DNA of 64,000 bases. It comes from Candidatus Poribacteria bacterium (GTDB lineage Bacteria > Poribacteria > WGA-4E > WGA-3G). The notes below the pieces were generated by a model. It ran no database searches, was not told where the DNA came from, and was given only the letters and a program-made list of their open reading frames with translations. Of this stretch, positions 39,687 through 48,745 are shown one piece after another. Position 1 is the stretch's first letter, and every line of letters starts with the position of its first letter. Both the position numbers and the translations under genes were made by a program. The stretch is from NCBI GenBank assembly GCA_022822085.1, contig JAJECK010000015.1, positions 25,782 to 89,781 of the forward strand, written 5' to 3'.

Positions 39687-41078
39687 ATGCCAGTAGTAAT
39701 TCCCCGCCTAATAGTAGAGGTGTTTCAACACACCAATTTTCGTGGTAGAATGGGGTATGTATTAGAACCTGTTCCGCACACCGGACATATAGGTTTTCAA
39801 GACAATATCTCTTCACTTAGAGTTTATAAAGGACCAAACTTTTCTGGTAGTCCCAATTACAAAGTAATCTTACATCAACATGTCAACTATAAAGGGAAAA
39901 AACTCCCACTCGGTCCCGGTTTTTACCCTAATTTACACGATGTAGCATTCAATTTTGCTGATAGAGTATCATCCATAAGTTTCGGTTCAACAATTGATGT
40001 CGTCGGACCTGAATGGGGCACTATTCCGATGATTGTGGATTGCTATGAACACGTTGAATTTAAAGGCAAGAAAATCACAATCCTACGTGATATTGCAAAC
40101 CTACGAACACCTCAAGGTGGTACTTGGTTTGAAGATAGAATCTCGTCAATACGCATCTTCAAAGGTCCTAACTTTCCACCGGATGGTGCAGAAGTTGTAT
40201 TCTATGAACATCCTGATTTTGAAGGGGCAAAGTTATCTATACGAATGGAGCCTTCCGAATTCAAAAAAGAATTTCCCAACCTTCATTTACTTCCACAAAG
40301 TTTCGGAGATTCAATATCCGCTATAAAGATTGAAGGATGGGCATCGTCAGGTGAGTTCTCAGAAATGGTGTTTGAAGACGAATTTATTGGAAACGATATG
40401 CGACCAGAATGGAAATGGGTAGACCCGCAGGGCGGAGGCGGTTGGACAGAACGACAAGGGTATTTGGAAATGCGTACTGACCCGGGTCAAGATTTATGGC
40501 ACGGCCCAAATGGGCGCGACGGAGATATGACGGCACCCAGGCTCCTCATGGAAGTATCTGAGGACTTTTCTATTGAAACACGGATGCGTATCTCACCACA
40601 ATTGAGGGAACACGGTGGATTAATAGTATGGAAAAATGAAAATCAGTTCGTCCGATTAGAAAAGACATCCGGACCCCATGCATTTCGGGGTGATGTCCGT
40701 TTTGAAAGACATGTAAATAGACGTTTCCATCTCGTTGGACGTGGCGGCATGCGGAATGTCCGGGAACTTTTCCTACGGTTAGAAAGACGTGGAAATCAAT
40801 TCTCTTCTTTTGCAAGCCAAGATGGAATCCATTGGAAAGGTGTTGGCATCACACGGGTTGCAATGGGACCGAGAGTACAAGTCGGTTTGCATGCACTCTG
40901 TCCCGGCAACATACCGCCGACAATGACACGTTTCGATTATTTCCGTATCTTCAAACGTAAAGGTGAAGCATCACAATATGTATCCATTTTTGCTGAACAA
41001 CCTGATGAACAGTCCGATGCTGAAACTGAACGTGAACGTGCAGATGATCGTCGTCGTGCTATGCGTGACTTAACGTAG
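39687..41078 (+). CDS. Beta/gamma-crystallin-repeat + DUF1349-like (ConA-like jelly-roll) domain protein
   Basis: Four Greek-key-like units are present (VEVFQHTNFRG...ISSLRV; VILHQHVNYKG...VSSISF; CYEHVEFKG...ISSIRIF; VVFYEHPDFEG...ISAIKI). A C-terminal region (WKWVDPQGGGGWTERQGYLEMRTDPGQDLWHGPN..APRLL) resembles the DUF1349/ConA-like fold. The acidic tail is low complexity. There is no signal peptide. Confidence 0.4.
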   Translation: MPVVIPRLIVEVFQHTNFRGRMGYVLEPVPHTGHIGFQDNISSLRVYKGPNFSGSPNYKVILHQHVNYKGKKLPLGPGFYPNLHDVAFNFADRVSSISFGSTIDVVGPEWGTIPMIVDCYEHVEFKGKKITILRDIANLRTPQGGTWFEDRISSIRIFKGPNFPPDGAEVVFYEHPDFEGAKLSIRMEPSEFKKEFPNLHLLPQSFGDSISAIKIEGWASSGEFSEMVFEDEFIGNDMRPEWKWVDPQGGGGWTERQGYLEMRTDPGQDLWHGPNGRDGDMTAPRLLMEVSEDFSIETRMRISPQLREHGGLIVWKNENQFVRLEKTSGPHAFRGDVRFERHVNRRFHLVGRGGMRNVRELFLRLERRGNQFSSFASQDGIHWKGVGITRVAMGPRVQVGLHALCPGNIPPTMTRFDYFRIFKRKGEASQYVSIFAEQPDEQSDAETERERADDRRRAMRDLT

Positions 41079-41220
41079 TTGAATAAACACCAAGATTATT
41101 TGTACGATATGGTGTTTGAATTTCAATGTTGTAAATCTTAACGTCCAGTATTCAATTCTAAACAAGGCTTGTTAGATACATATTAAATATTTAGCAAGTC
41201 TTTCCTTAAAAGGAGACATC

Positions 41221-42057
41221 ATGTTTGACAAAACTTATTTATTCACAACAACCTTGATTTTAGTTATATTTTCCACGGTGATTATGATACCAACTTATGC
41301 AGCAAAGGGGGCAGTCGTGAATGGTTTAGTTGCATATTGGTCGTTTGATAGAGATACAGTGCAAATCGCTAAACATGCAGAGGATGTATTATCAGGACTA
41401 AAGGCAATAGTTGATGGCGATCCTGAACTTGCACCTGCAGCTGATTGTATAGTAGGAGAATGTGTGTTACTTGATGGTATTGATGATTACTTCCTTGTAG
41501 ATGATTCAGATCCTCCGAAGATTGACAGAGATTGGGATGAAATTACCTTGGAGTGTTGGGTCAAAATTAATGCATTAGACGACAGTTGGAATCGTATCAT
41601 CTCACTTGACGACCAACCCACTAATACAAAAGTTGTAACCTTGTATTACGATGATGATGACAACCAACATGGCTTTTTTGTTAAGGCAGGCGGAAAAAAT
41701 TCAGATCCAGCACAACATAATGTACTTGAGGATATCCCGCTGAATGAATGGTTGCATCTTGTGGGTACTTATGATGGTTCGGATGCACATTACTATGTCA
41801 ATGGAAAGCTGGAAAAACAGCATGCAATGGCAGGTGGAAAAATATCAAAAGGTGGTCTTCTGTTAGGCATTGGAGATAGATCGGATGGAATCAATGCAGA
41901 TGCTATTCAGGGTTATCTTGATGAATTCCGTGTTTATGATCGCGCATTGACAGCCGCTGAAGTAAAAAACAATATGAATGCTGAAGGGCTTGATGTGAGT
42001 CCCTCATCAAATCATCTGAGTGTAACTTGGGGACAAATTAAAGCGAGACGGAGGTAA
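41221..42057 (+). CDS. Secreted LamG-like protein carrying the conserved C-terminal tail
   Basis: It has a signal peptide (LFTTTLILVIFSTVIMIPTYAA). It has a LamG_3-like core (VAYWSFD...LDGIDDYFLV...ITLECWVK...GTYDG...YVNGKL). It ends ...HLSVTWGQIKARRR. Confidence 0.55.
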   Translation: MFDKTYLFTTTLILVIFSTVIMIPTYAAKGAVVNGLVAYWSFDRDTVQIAKHAEDVLSGLKAIVDGDPELAPAADCIVGECVLLDGIDDYFLVDDSDPPKIDRDWDEITLECWVKINALDDSWNRIISLDDQPTNTKVVTLYYDDDDNQHGFFVKAGGKNSDPAQHNVLEDIPLNEWLHLVGTYDGSDAHYYVNGKLEKQHAMAGGKISKGGLLLGIGDRSDGINADAIQGYLDEFRVYDRALTAAEVKNNMNAEGLDVSPSSNHLSVTWGQIKARRR

Positions 42058-42061
42058 AAGC

Positions 42062-43090
42062 TTGGAAAATGATGGTGCACAATCTTTAGAGACAATTGGT
42101 ATTGGCGTTATCGGATGCGGGGGTATGGGGAGAAGCCTGGCAAATGGGGCAAACGCTGTTGAAGGCATTGATGTCGTTTGTGTGAGTGATCTTCAAGAGG
42201 AATTGGCTAAAGCACTTGCAGAGAATCTCGGCACAGAATATACAACGGATTATCATCAACTACTTGCGAATGACAATATCCGTGCAGTACTTATTGCATC
42301 ACCACCATTCTTACATGCACAGATGGCAGTCGATGCAGCAAATGCAGGAAAACATGTTTTCTCTGAAAAACCGATGGCACCGACATTAGAAGATTGTGAT
42401 GCGATGCTGAGTGCTGCGTCAGAAAATAATGTGTCCTTAACAATCGGTTTGGTTTGTAGATATCATGCAACACATTCTAAAGTCAGAGAGATAGTGCATA
42501 GCGGTGAACTCGGTGCACCTGTCAATATGATGGTACATCGCATCGGCGGTCCGTGGCGAGGAGGAAATCGCACACCGTGGCGGTTGGAACGAGCAAAATC
42601 CGGTGGAAGTCTCATGGAAATTAATGCACATGAGATTGATTTTATGCGGTGGACATGTGGAGAAGTAATCTCTGTATTTGGTGCAGGTGGTAAATATGTG
42701 CAAAAGGATACAGACTATCCAGATGTCGTGCTGGCTTCGCTGAAATTTGAAAATGGATCAGTAGGTTTGCTGCATTCAAGTCATGCTGCAGCTGTTGGAG
42801 GTTATGGCGGTCGTGTTGACTGTGAAAAAGGCACCATCTATTTTCCACAAATATGGGGTGGGGATGCATCTATTCAGATAAAACCGTTTGAGGAAGAAGA
42901 AAGAAGGATCCGAATTGGGGATATAATCGTACCGCCCCCCGTTCAACAGGAGATACGTGTGTTTGTAGATGCAGTTCGCAACGGTACAACGCCTCCAATT
43001 ACTGGTGTTGATGGTCGTGCTGCTGTCGAAATTGCTCTCGCAGCATATCAATCCGTAGAAACTGGACAACCGGTGTCATTGCCATTGTAG
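42062..43090 (+). CDS. Gfo/Idh/MocA-family oxidoreductase
   Basis: It has IGIGVIGCGGMGRSLA (Rossmann) and FSEKPMAPTLEDCD (EKP motif). It uses a TTG start. Confidence 0.75.
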   Translation: MENDGAQSLETIGIGVIGCGGMGRSLANGANAVEGIDVVCVSDLQEELAKALAENLGTEYTTDYHQLLANDNIRAVLIASPPFLHAQMAVDAANAGKHVFSEKPMAPTLEDCDAMLSAASENNVSLTIGLVCRYHATHSKVREIVHSGELGAPVNMMVHRIGGPWRGGNRTPWRLERAKSGGSLMEINAHEIDFMRWTCGEVISVFGAGGKYVQKDTDYPDVVLASLKFENGSVGLLHSSHAAAVGGYGGRVDCEKGTIYFPQIWGGDASIQIKPFEEEERRIRIGDIIVPPPVQQEIRVFVDAVRNGTTPPITGVDGRAAVEIALAAYQSVETGQPVSLPL

Positions 43091-43100
43091 AGGAGAACAA

Positions 43101-44039
43101 ATGAAAATTTCTGTATGGGACGGTGGTCTTTCAGATACTTATATGAAACAAGTTACACAGCTCGGTGCAGATTACATAGATTTTGGAAACGGTGGGTCTT
43201 TCCCAGGGGTAAAAGAACAAGGATACCCCGATTTAGACGAACTGTTGAAAATGAAAAAACAGATTCGCTCTTACGGTTTGGACATCAACCGCGTGACACT
43301 ACCGAACATCACTGAGAAGTTTATGAAAGGCCAAACAGGCTGTGAAATAGAACTTGAGAATACATGTAATGCGTTAAAGGTGTTTGCTGAAGCTGGTGTT
43401 CCTATTGCACGGCAAAGGTTCTGGGGAGATACTTTTGACTATTTGATGACCCGTTATTCTGCGGTGCACCGAGGCGGTTATATCTCCCGTGGAGAGAGCC
43501 GCGCAGCCACGAAAAACCCGCCAGATACACCGACAAGAGAAGAACTTGATGAATGGTGGAAAAGGTTTTGTGAGGTATACGGAGCATTAGTTCCAATCGC
43601 AGATGAATATGGCATAAAGTTGGCTATCCATCCATCTGATGTCCCGAACCCAGATACACCTCTTGGTAGTCTTGGGTTTCACCGAGTAATAGACGCGTTC
43701 CCAAGCAGAAATGTAGGTTATCTATACTGTTGTGGTACGCGTGCGGAAGCTGGTGGTAGTGCAATTGTACTTGATGAAATTAACAATTATGGACGAAAAG
43801 GACGTATATTTATGGTACACCTCCGGAATGTGCGTGGTAGTCTGGCAACCGCAGGGGCATTTGAGGAGTCACTCCTTGATGACGGTGATATGAACATGGT
43901 CAAAATTGTTCGAGAACTACAGAAGGTTGGATTTGATGGATGTATCAATGCTGACCATATACCAAGGTTGGAAGGGAATGTTGGATTAGCATACTCTGTT
44001 GGTTACATTAAGGCAATATTCGCTGCATTAGCAGCATAG
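43101..44039 (+). CDS. Mannonate dehydratase (UxuA)-family TIM-barrel protein, short form
   Basis: Blocks similar to UxuA are present: KLAIHPSDVPNPDTPLGSLGFHRVI (cf. MAVHPDDPP..ILGLPRIV), RIFMVHLRNVRGS (cf. IYFTHLRSTMRE) and ADHIPRLEG. Length is 312 aa versus ~390 for E. coli UxuA. Confidence 0.5.
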   Translation: MKISVWDGGLSDTYMKQVTQLGADYIDFGNGGSFPGVKEQGYPDLDELLKMKKQIRSYGLDINRVTLPNITEKFMKGQTGCEIELENTCNALKVFAEAGVPIARQRFWGDTFDYLMTRYSAVHRGGYISRGESRAATKNPPDTPTREELDEWWKRFCEVYGALVPIADEYGIKLAIHPSDVPNPDTPLGSLGFHRVIDAFPSRNVGYLYCCGTRAEAGGSAIVLDEINNYGRKGRIFMVHLRNVRGSLATAGAFEESLLDDGDMNMVKIVRELQKVGFDGCINADHIPRLEGNVGLAYSVGYIKAIFAALAA

Positions 44040-44049
44040 TGGAGTGTCC

Positions 44050-44240
44050 AGACTAAACTTGTAGGTCGGGTAGAGGCACGAAACCCGACACGTGATGATT
44101 ATGTCTATCATGTCGGGTTTCGTGCCTCTACCCGACGGACTTATTTAGTCAGGCTATCCACTATTTCTTTAGTCCTGTCCGGACGATATGTTAATATTAT
44201 TTCATCGGCACACAGATATCGTCCGGACGGGACTAAAGAC
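44050..44240. repeat. REP/MITE-like hairpin repeat (44050-44140) followed by an inverted pair of the 30-bp interspersed repeat (44166-44196 and 44213-44240)
   Basis: The hairpin is gtaggtcgggtagaggcacgaaacccgacacg...catgtcgggtttcgtgcctctacccgacggac. The inverted pair is ctttagtcctgtccggacgatatgtt / cagatatcgtccggacgggactaaag. Confidence 0.7.
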
Positions 44241-44358
44241 ACGGACAATATACAGAAATTTAACATTAACGTAATAGTACAAAACCGTAGAAAATATTGA
44301 AAACAAAAAACCCTGTTAGAAATGGTATAAGCATTGCCAGCTGTGTCGTACTCATGCC

Positions 44359-46431
44359 TTAAGGGTTTAACTTCTGTTTGATAGATTCCCAATCCCACAG
44401 GATGACAGTACCATCTCTACTTGCAGTGGCTAAAGTCTTTCTATCTGGAAAGAACGCTAAATCGTTGACCAAATCGGTATGTCCTTTGAGGATATTCGAG
44501 ACGTTGAATGTACGTGTTTCCCGCACTTGTATTGTCCCGTTAGATCCACCACTAACAATGCTTGTATCATCAGGAGAAAACCGTAGACATCTACAGACTT
44601 CATTAGTACGACCTGAAGATATTCGCTCACCTGATGACACATCCCAGATATAAATTTCATCATAACTCATACTTGCCAATGTTTTTCCACTTGGTGAGAA
44701 TACTAACCTACGTATTGCATTTTTCTGTCCAGTTAGTGTAAGCCGTTTAGTCCCCTTTTCTATGTCCCAAAGGTGAATTATCTTGTCTTTGCCACCACTC
44801 GCTAATAGGTCTCCATTCGGTGATAGTGCCAATGTACTAAGAGAACCTGTAGAGCCATTAAGAGTGTAGACCGGTGCTATCGTCTTGACATTAGTCAACA
44901 GTCTTTTCAATATAGGTTTTGTCTGGATCGGAATGTTCCATATATGAAACTTACCGATTTGTTCATTCTGAGTTGCAGTTGCTAATCTATTCCCTACATT
45001 AGAGAATACAAAAGTTGGTATCTTATATGGGGGAACTTCAATCCCAGTTATAGTCAATCTCTTCCTTTTTTCGGAGGTGTCCCACAGTTCATAAGTATTT
45101 TCAGGACTCCAATCCTTTATTACAACATACTTTGCATCTGATGAAATTGCAAGAGGGGTTTCCCAGTTGAAGAAAGTTCCTGTCAAGTGATGGCCGACAT
45201 TGGTGTCCCAATTCTGTATTTGATAATTCATAAAATGCCCAGTTATTAGAGCATTATTCTCCTCCGAAATGGCTAAATTAACGACTTCTGATGCATGTCC
45301 CGAACAAGCAAGTTGCTGTCGACCAGTGTTAGCATCCCAAACCCGAATTGTACCATCTTTGCTGCCTGTAAGAAGTCTATTTCCATCAGGTGAATATGTT
45401 ATGTCTGAGATTGTGTATTTATGTCGAGTGAGTCTTTGCTTGGGAAAGAAACGTCTTATTTTTCCAAGCCAACCTTGTTGTTTTGCTGTGGCATCCCATA
45501 GATATATACTCCCATCGTGCCCACCACTAACAAGGGTTTTGCCATTCGGTGAAAATGCAAGCGCGGAAAAACTTATAGGTGCTTTGAACGATACCTGTGA
45601 TTCCTGTGTATCCATATTCCATAACTTGATAGTCCGAAAGTTATCACCACTTGCAAGTGTCTTACTATCTGGCGAAAAAGCTAAGGATTGAATAGACCGT
45701 TCATGTCCCGATAGTGTGAACAGAAGCTTAGAATTAGCCGTGTCCCATAAATGGATTGGAGTTTTTCTCTTTGAGCGGTGTTTTGACACTGCTAAGGCAA
45801 GAAAGCGTCCATCAGGTGAAAGTCCAATTACTGGACTATGTGTATCCTCAAAATCGAAATTTATACTCTTTATTTCGATCGGTTTTGGTGCTGACCGTTC
45901 ATTAAAACGCAAATGGACTATTTTATTCTGCGCCCTGCTTACACCTACCATCTCAGGACGATCTGCAGATAAGAGAACTGATGAATACTTGCTTTTTTCA
46001 ATAACAATAATGGTTTGGAGTTCACCAGTATCTGCATCCCATTGTACTATCTTTCCTCCTGAAACTGCTCCAATCAGTGTACTGCCATCCACTGAAAACA
46101 TTACTCCCTTAACATTCTGTCTATCTCCTTTTAATAGTGAAATCTCTGTTCCAGTCTTTGCATCATACATCCAGATGCCAATCGTGGTTGCCACTGCAAA
46201 CCAATTACCGTCGGGTGAAAATTTGATGTCATTTATACTGCCTTTACCTAAACGTGCTTTTGCACCTTCAGGTAACTGCCATCGGGAGTAGTTTACATTT
46301 GATGTAGGGAATGTCAATTCTATTGTATCACGATTCATCAACCTTCTGACGAATAATATCGAAGCAAGAACTGCAAGTATAGATATAAGAATCACTATGA
46401 GTATAGCAAAAGAGCGACGAGATAATTTCAT
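44359..46431 (-). CDS. Secreted WD40-repeat beta-propeller protein (paralog 3)
   Basis: It has an N-terminal TM/signal. WQLPEGAKARLGKGSINDIKFSPDGNWFAVATTIGIWMYDAKTG parallels the N-termini of paralogs 1 and 2. Many WD40 units are present (LASGS.D.TI.LWD). Confidence 0.7.
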   Translation of the reverse strand: MKLSRRSFAILIVILISILAVLASILFVRRLMNRDTIELTFPTSNVNYSRWQLPEGAKARLGKGSINDIKFSPDGNWFAVATTIGIWMYDAKTGTEISLLKGDRQNVKGVMFSVDGSTLIGAVSGGKIVQWDADTGELQTIIVIEKSKYSSVLLSADRPEMVGVSRAQNKIVHLRFNERSAPKPIEIKSINFDFEDTHSPVIGLSPDGRFLALAVSKHRSKRKTPIHLWDTANSKLLFTLSGHERSIQSLAFSPDSKTLASGDNFRTIKLWNMDTQESQVSFKAPISFSALAFSPNGKTLVSGGHDGSIYLWDATAKQQGWLGKIRRFFPKQRLTRHKYTISDITYSPDGNRLLTGSKDGTIRVWDANTGRQQLACSGHASEVVNLAISEENNALITGHFMNYQIQNWDTNVGHHLTGTFFNWETPLAISSDAKYVVIKDWSPENTYELWDTSEKRKRLTITGIEVPPYKIPTFVFSNVGNRLATATQNEQIGKFHIWNIPIQTKPILKRLLTNVKTIAPVYTLNGSTGSLSTLALSPNGDLLASGGKDKIIHLWDIEKGTKRLTLTGQKNAIRRLVFSPSGKTLASMSYDEIYIWDVSSGERISSGRTNEVCRCLRFSPDDTSIVSGGSNGTIQVRETRTFNVSNILKGHTDLVNDLAFFPDRKTLATASRDGTVILWDWESIKQKLNP

Positions 46432-46435
46432 GTGC

Positions 46436-47059
46436 TTATTTCCTTGTTGAGTTTAGTAGATGCTCATAGATAGATTGCGCATGAATATAGTCCTCTGGTG
46501 TGTTGATATTGAAGAAGGAAAGTCCATCGGGATCGTACAATTTCCATTTCTCTGGATGGATAGACAAGACATTTGCATGTTCCTGCAACGCATGGACGCG
46601 TAATTCAGATTGCTGCAACATCTCCTCAATTATCGGAATGCATTGTTTAGAATACACTGTACATAGGGTTTGGAGGGTTTTCTGTGTATCGCTTACCTTT
46701 TTGGTTGTAGGCATTACTGCATCATAGTTTCCTAATACAGAAACAAGATAATTGAGTAGATTTGGGTTCAAAAATGGACTATCGCAACCGACACAGATTA
46801 CCGTTTGATGTGATGCGTTTTTCAAACCAGAATGAATGCCCCCTAATGTGCCTACATTCTGTATAATATCGTGATGCATTTCAATATCCAGATGTGCATA
46901 TTCATCTGGCTTATTTGTGATAAGGAGCAGTTCATCAGCGATTGACTTCATGCCCTTGATGACATGACCGATGAGTGTGTCGCTTCCCAGACGCAGAAAA
47001 GCCTTATTTTGTCCCATCCGACGGCTTTTTCCGCCTGCTAAGATTACTCCTGTTACCAT
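46436..47059 (-). CDS. mobA: Molybdenum cofactor guanylyltransferase MobA
   Basis: The N-terminus MVTGVILAGGKSRRMGQNKAFL is the canonical MobA nucleotide-binding motif. It is 207 aa. Confidence 0.75.
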   Translation of the reverse strand: MVTGVILAGGKSRRMGQNKAFLRLGSDTLIGHVIKGMKSIADELLLITNKPDEYAHLDIEMHHDIIQNVGTLGGIHSGLKNASHQTVICVGCDSPFLNPNLLNYLVSVLGNYDAVMPTTKKVSDTQKTLQTLCTVYSKQCIPIIEEMLQQSELRVHALQEHANVLSIHPEKWKLYDPDGLSFFNINTPEDYIHAQSIYEHLLNSTRK

Positions 47060-48456
47060 TTCATTGGGTCTCTATTGTTTTCAACAAGCCTCGGGCCAAA
47101 TCGGCTTTCCATCGTTGCGCGTAATTCTTGAACCAATTCCTTATTAGATTCAGCAATATTGTGCAATTCTTCTGGATCGTCTTCAAGATTATACAGTTCA
47201 ATGAAACCTTCTCGGTTTTCTATTAATTTATGTGTATGTGTCCGAATACAAGTGAAGTTTATCAGTCTGCTGACCGCCTCACTTCGGTGTGTATCTGTTT
47301 CTCCGTGAAGTACTGGTGCAATTGATTTTGCATCAATATTTTCCAACACTGGAACACCCGCCATATCACAAATAGTCGGATTTAAGTCATTTAATTCAAC
47401 CAATGTATTTGAGATGCGATGTGGTTCTATTCTTGGTCCTGCTACAATAAGAGGGACTCTTAGCGATGCTTCATACGCCAAACTCTTTGTGTATAGTCCG
47501 TGGTCACCGAGCATTTCACCGTGGTCGCTTGAATAGATAATATAGGTGTTTTCAAGCATGCCGCGTTCTTCCAATGCATTTAGCATGTTGCCGATTTGAC
47601 TGTCTATGAGTTCAGTGGCAGCGCAATACTGTTGTCGTGTGATTTTAATTTCTTCAGGACTTATATTGACGACACGTTTTTTTACCCAATTTGGTTTTCC
47701 GTCCATATTGTCTTTGATGGGTTCTGGCATATCGGACTGACGGTACTTGTCACCATATTCCGTAGGTGGATCGAAGGGATCGTGCGGTCCAACAAAACTG
47801 ACAAACATATGCCAAGGAAAATCATCAGGGACAGTTTGAATGAATTCGGTTGCGCGTCTGCCGATATATGAATCTTCAAAATCCTCTGTTGGCAGTACAG
47901 AATCGTAAGAACCGTTTTTTATCCATCCACCGGATGAACTTCTATTCCGGTAATCTTGATGAAATTTTTCTAACAGCCCCTTTTCCTGTAGATAATGTGT
48001 ATAGGGACCGATGGGTGTTGGTGATTTGCCGGCATGCATTTTTCCTTCACACTCTTCTGGATGTGTGAATCCCCAACCATACGCGCGAGGTCGGTCTCCG
48101 TAACGACCGTTGTATCCGTCAGGTTTTGCAAGGTCCAGTTTTCCTACACATCCAACACGATACCCGTAATTGCGAAGTTGTTGGTAGTAGGTTGGCACGG
48201 TGGCAGGTAGGAAACTTCCATTTGCGAGCGATCCGAGACGCGAAGGTTGGACACCTGAAGCTAAACCGATTCTGGATGGTGCACAGACGGGCGCGTTCAC
48301 GGTGCAATTTGGAAAATTTACACCCATTTCTGTTAATCTGCGTAGGTTCGGTGTGTTAAGTGCATTGGGAGCATTTTCATCTGTTTCTACATAGTCATAT
48401 CTGTGTTGATCAGACATTATGAATAGTACGTTTGGTCTATCTGTTTTTCTGTTCAT
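47053..48456 (-). CDS. Sulfatase (formylglycine-dependent arylsulfatase family)
   Basis: It has the N-terminal PNVLFIMSDQHRYD and the C-x-P-x-R formylglycine motif in NAPVCAPSRIGLASG. It is 467 aa. Its start overlaps the mobA stop by 7 nt. Confidence 0.8.
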   Translation of the reverse strand: MNRKTDRPNVLFIMSDQHRYDYVETDENAPNALNTPNLRRLTEMGVNFPNCTVNAPVCAPSRIGLASGVQPSRLGSLANGSFLPATVPTYYQQLRNYGYRVGCVGKLDLAKPDGYNGRYGDRPRAYGWGFTHPEECEGKMHAGKSPTPIGPYTHYLQEKGLLEKFHQDYRNRSSSGGWIKNGSYDSVLPTEDFEDSYIGRRATEFIQTVPDDFPWHMFVSFVGPHDPFDPPTEYGDKYRQSDMPEPIKDNMDGKPNWVKKRVVNISPEEIKITRQQYCAATELIDSQIGNMLNALEERGMLENTYIIYSSDHGEMLGDHGLYTKSLAYEASLRVPLIVAGPRIEPHRISNTLVELNDLNPTICDMAGVPVLENIDAKSIAPVLHGETDTHRSEAVSRLINFTCIRTHTHKLIENREGFIELYNLEDDPEELHNIAESNKELVQELRATMESRFGPRLVENNRDPMKW

Positions 48457-48575
48457 ATTCCTCCGTTCTTTTCCGTTGTATGGAAAATTATAGGTGTTAG
48501 AAACTAATGCAGCGGTTTTTCTACCTTAAAGCGATTATATCATAGTTTTGTTGTCCGGTCAATATATTGAAAACA

Positions 48576-48621
48576 AAATAACCCTGAATAATTTGACCGA
48601 AACTTGTGTTTATGCTAAAAT
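48576..48621 (+). promoter_or_regulatory. Sigma70-like promoter with the upstream AAATAACCCTG element
   Basis: The sequence is aaataaccctg-6 nt-TTGACC-17 nt-TAAAAT. It lies about 120 nt upstream of the TPR gene at 48746. Confidence 0.5.
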
Positions 48622-48745
48622 CCATTTTACACTATAAATGATTACAAAAATTACATTCTGGTTAACTTTATGTATGTCAATATTACAAAATTTTAACTTC
48701 AATTTATACCTTACCACATTATTCCTATAATGAAGGAGGTAAAAG

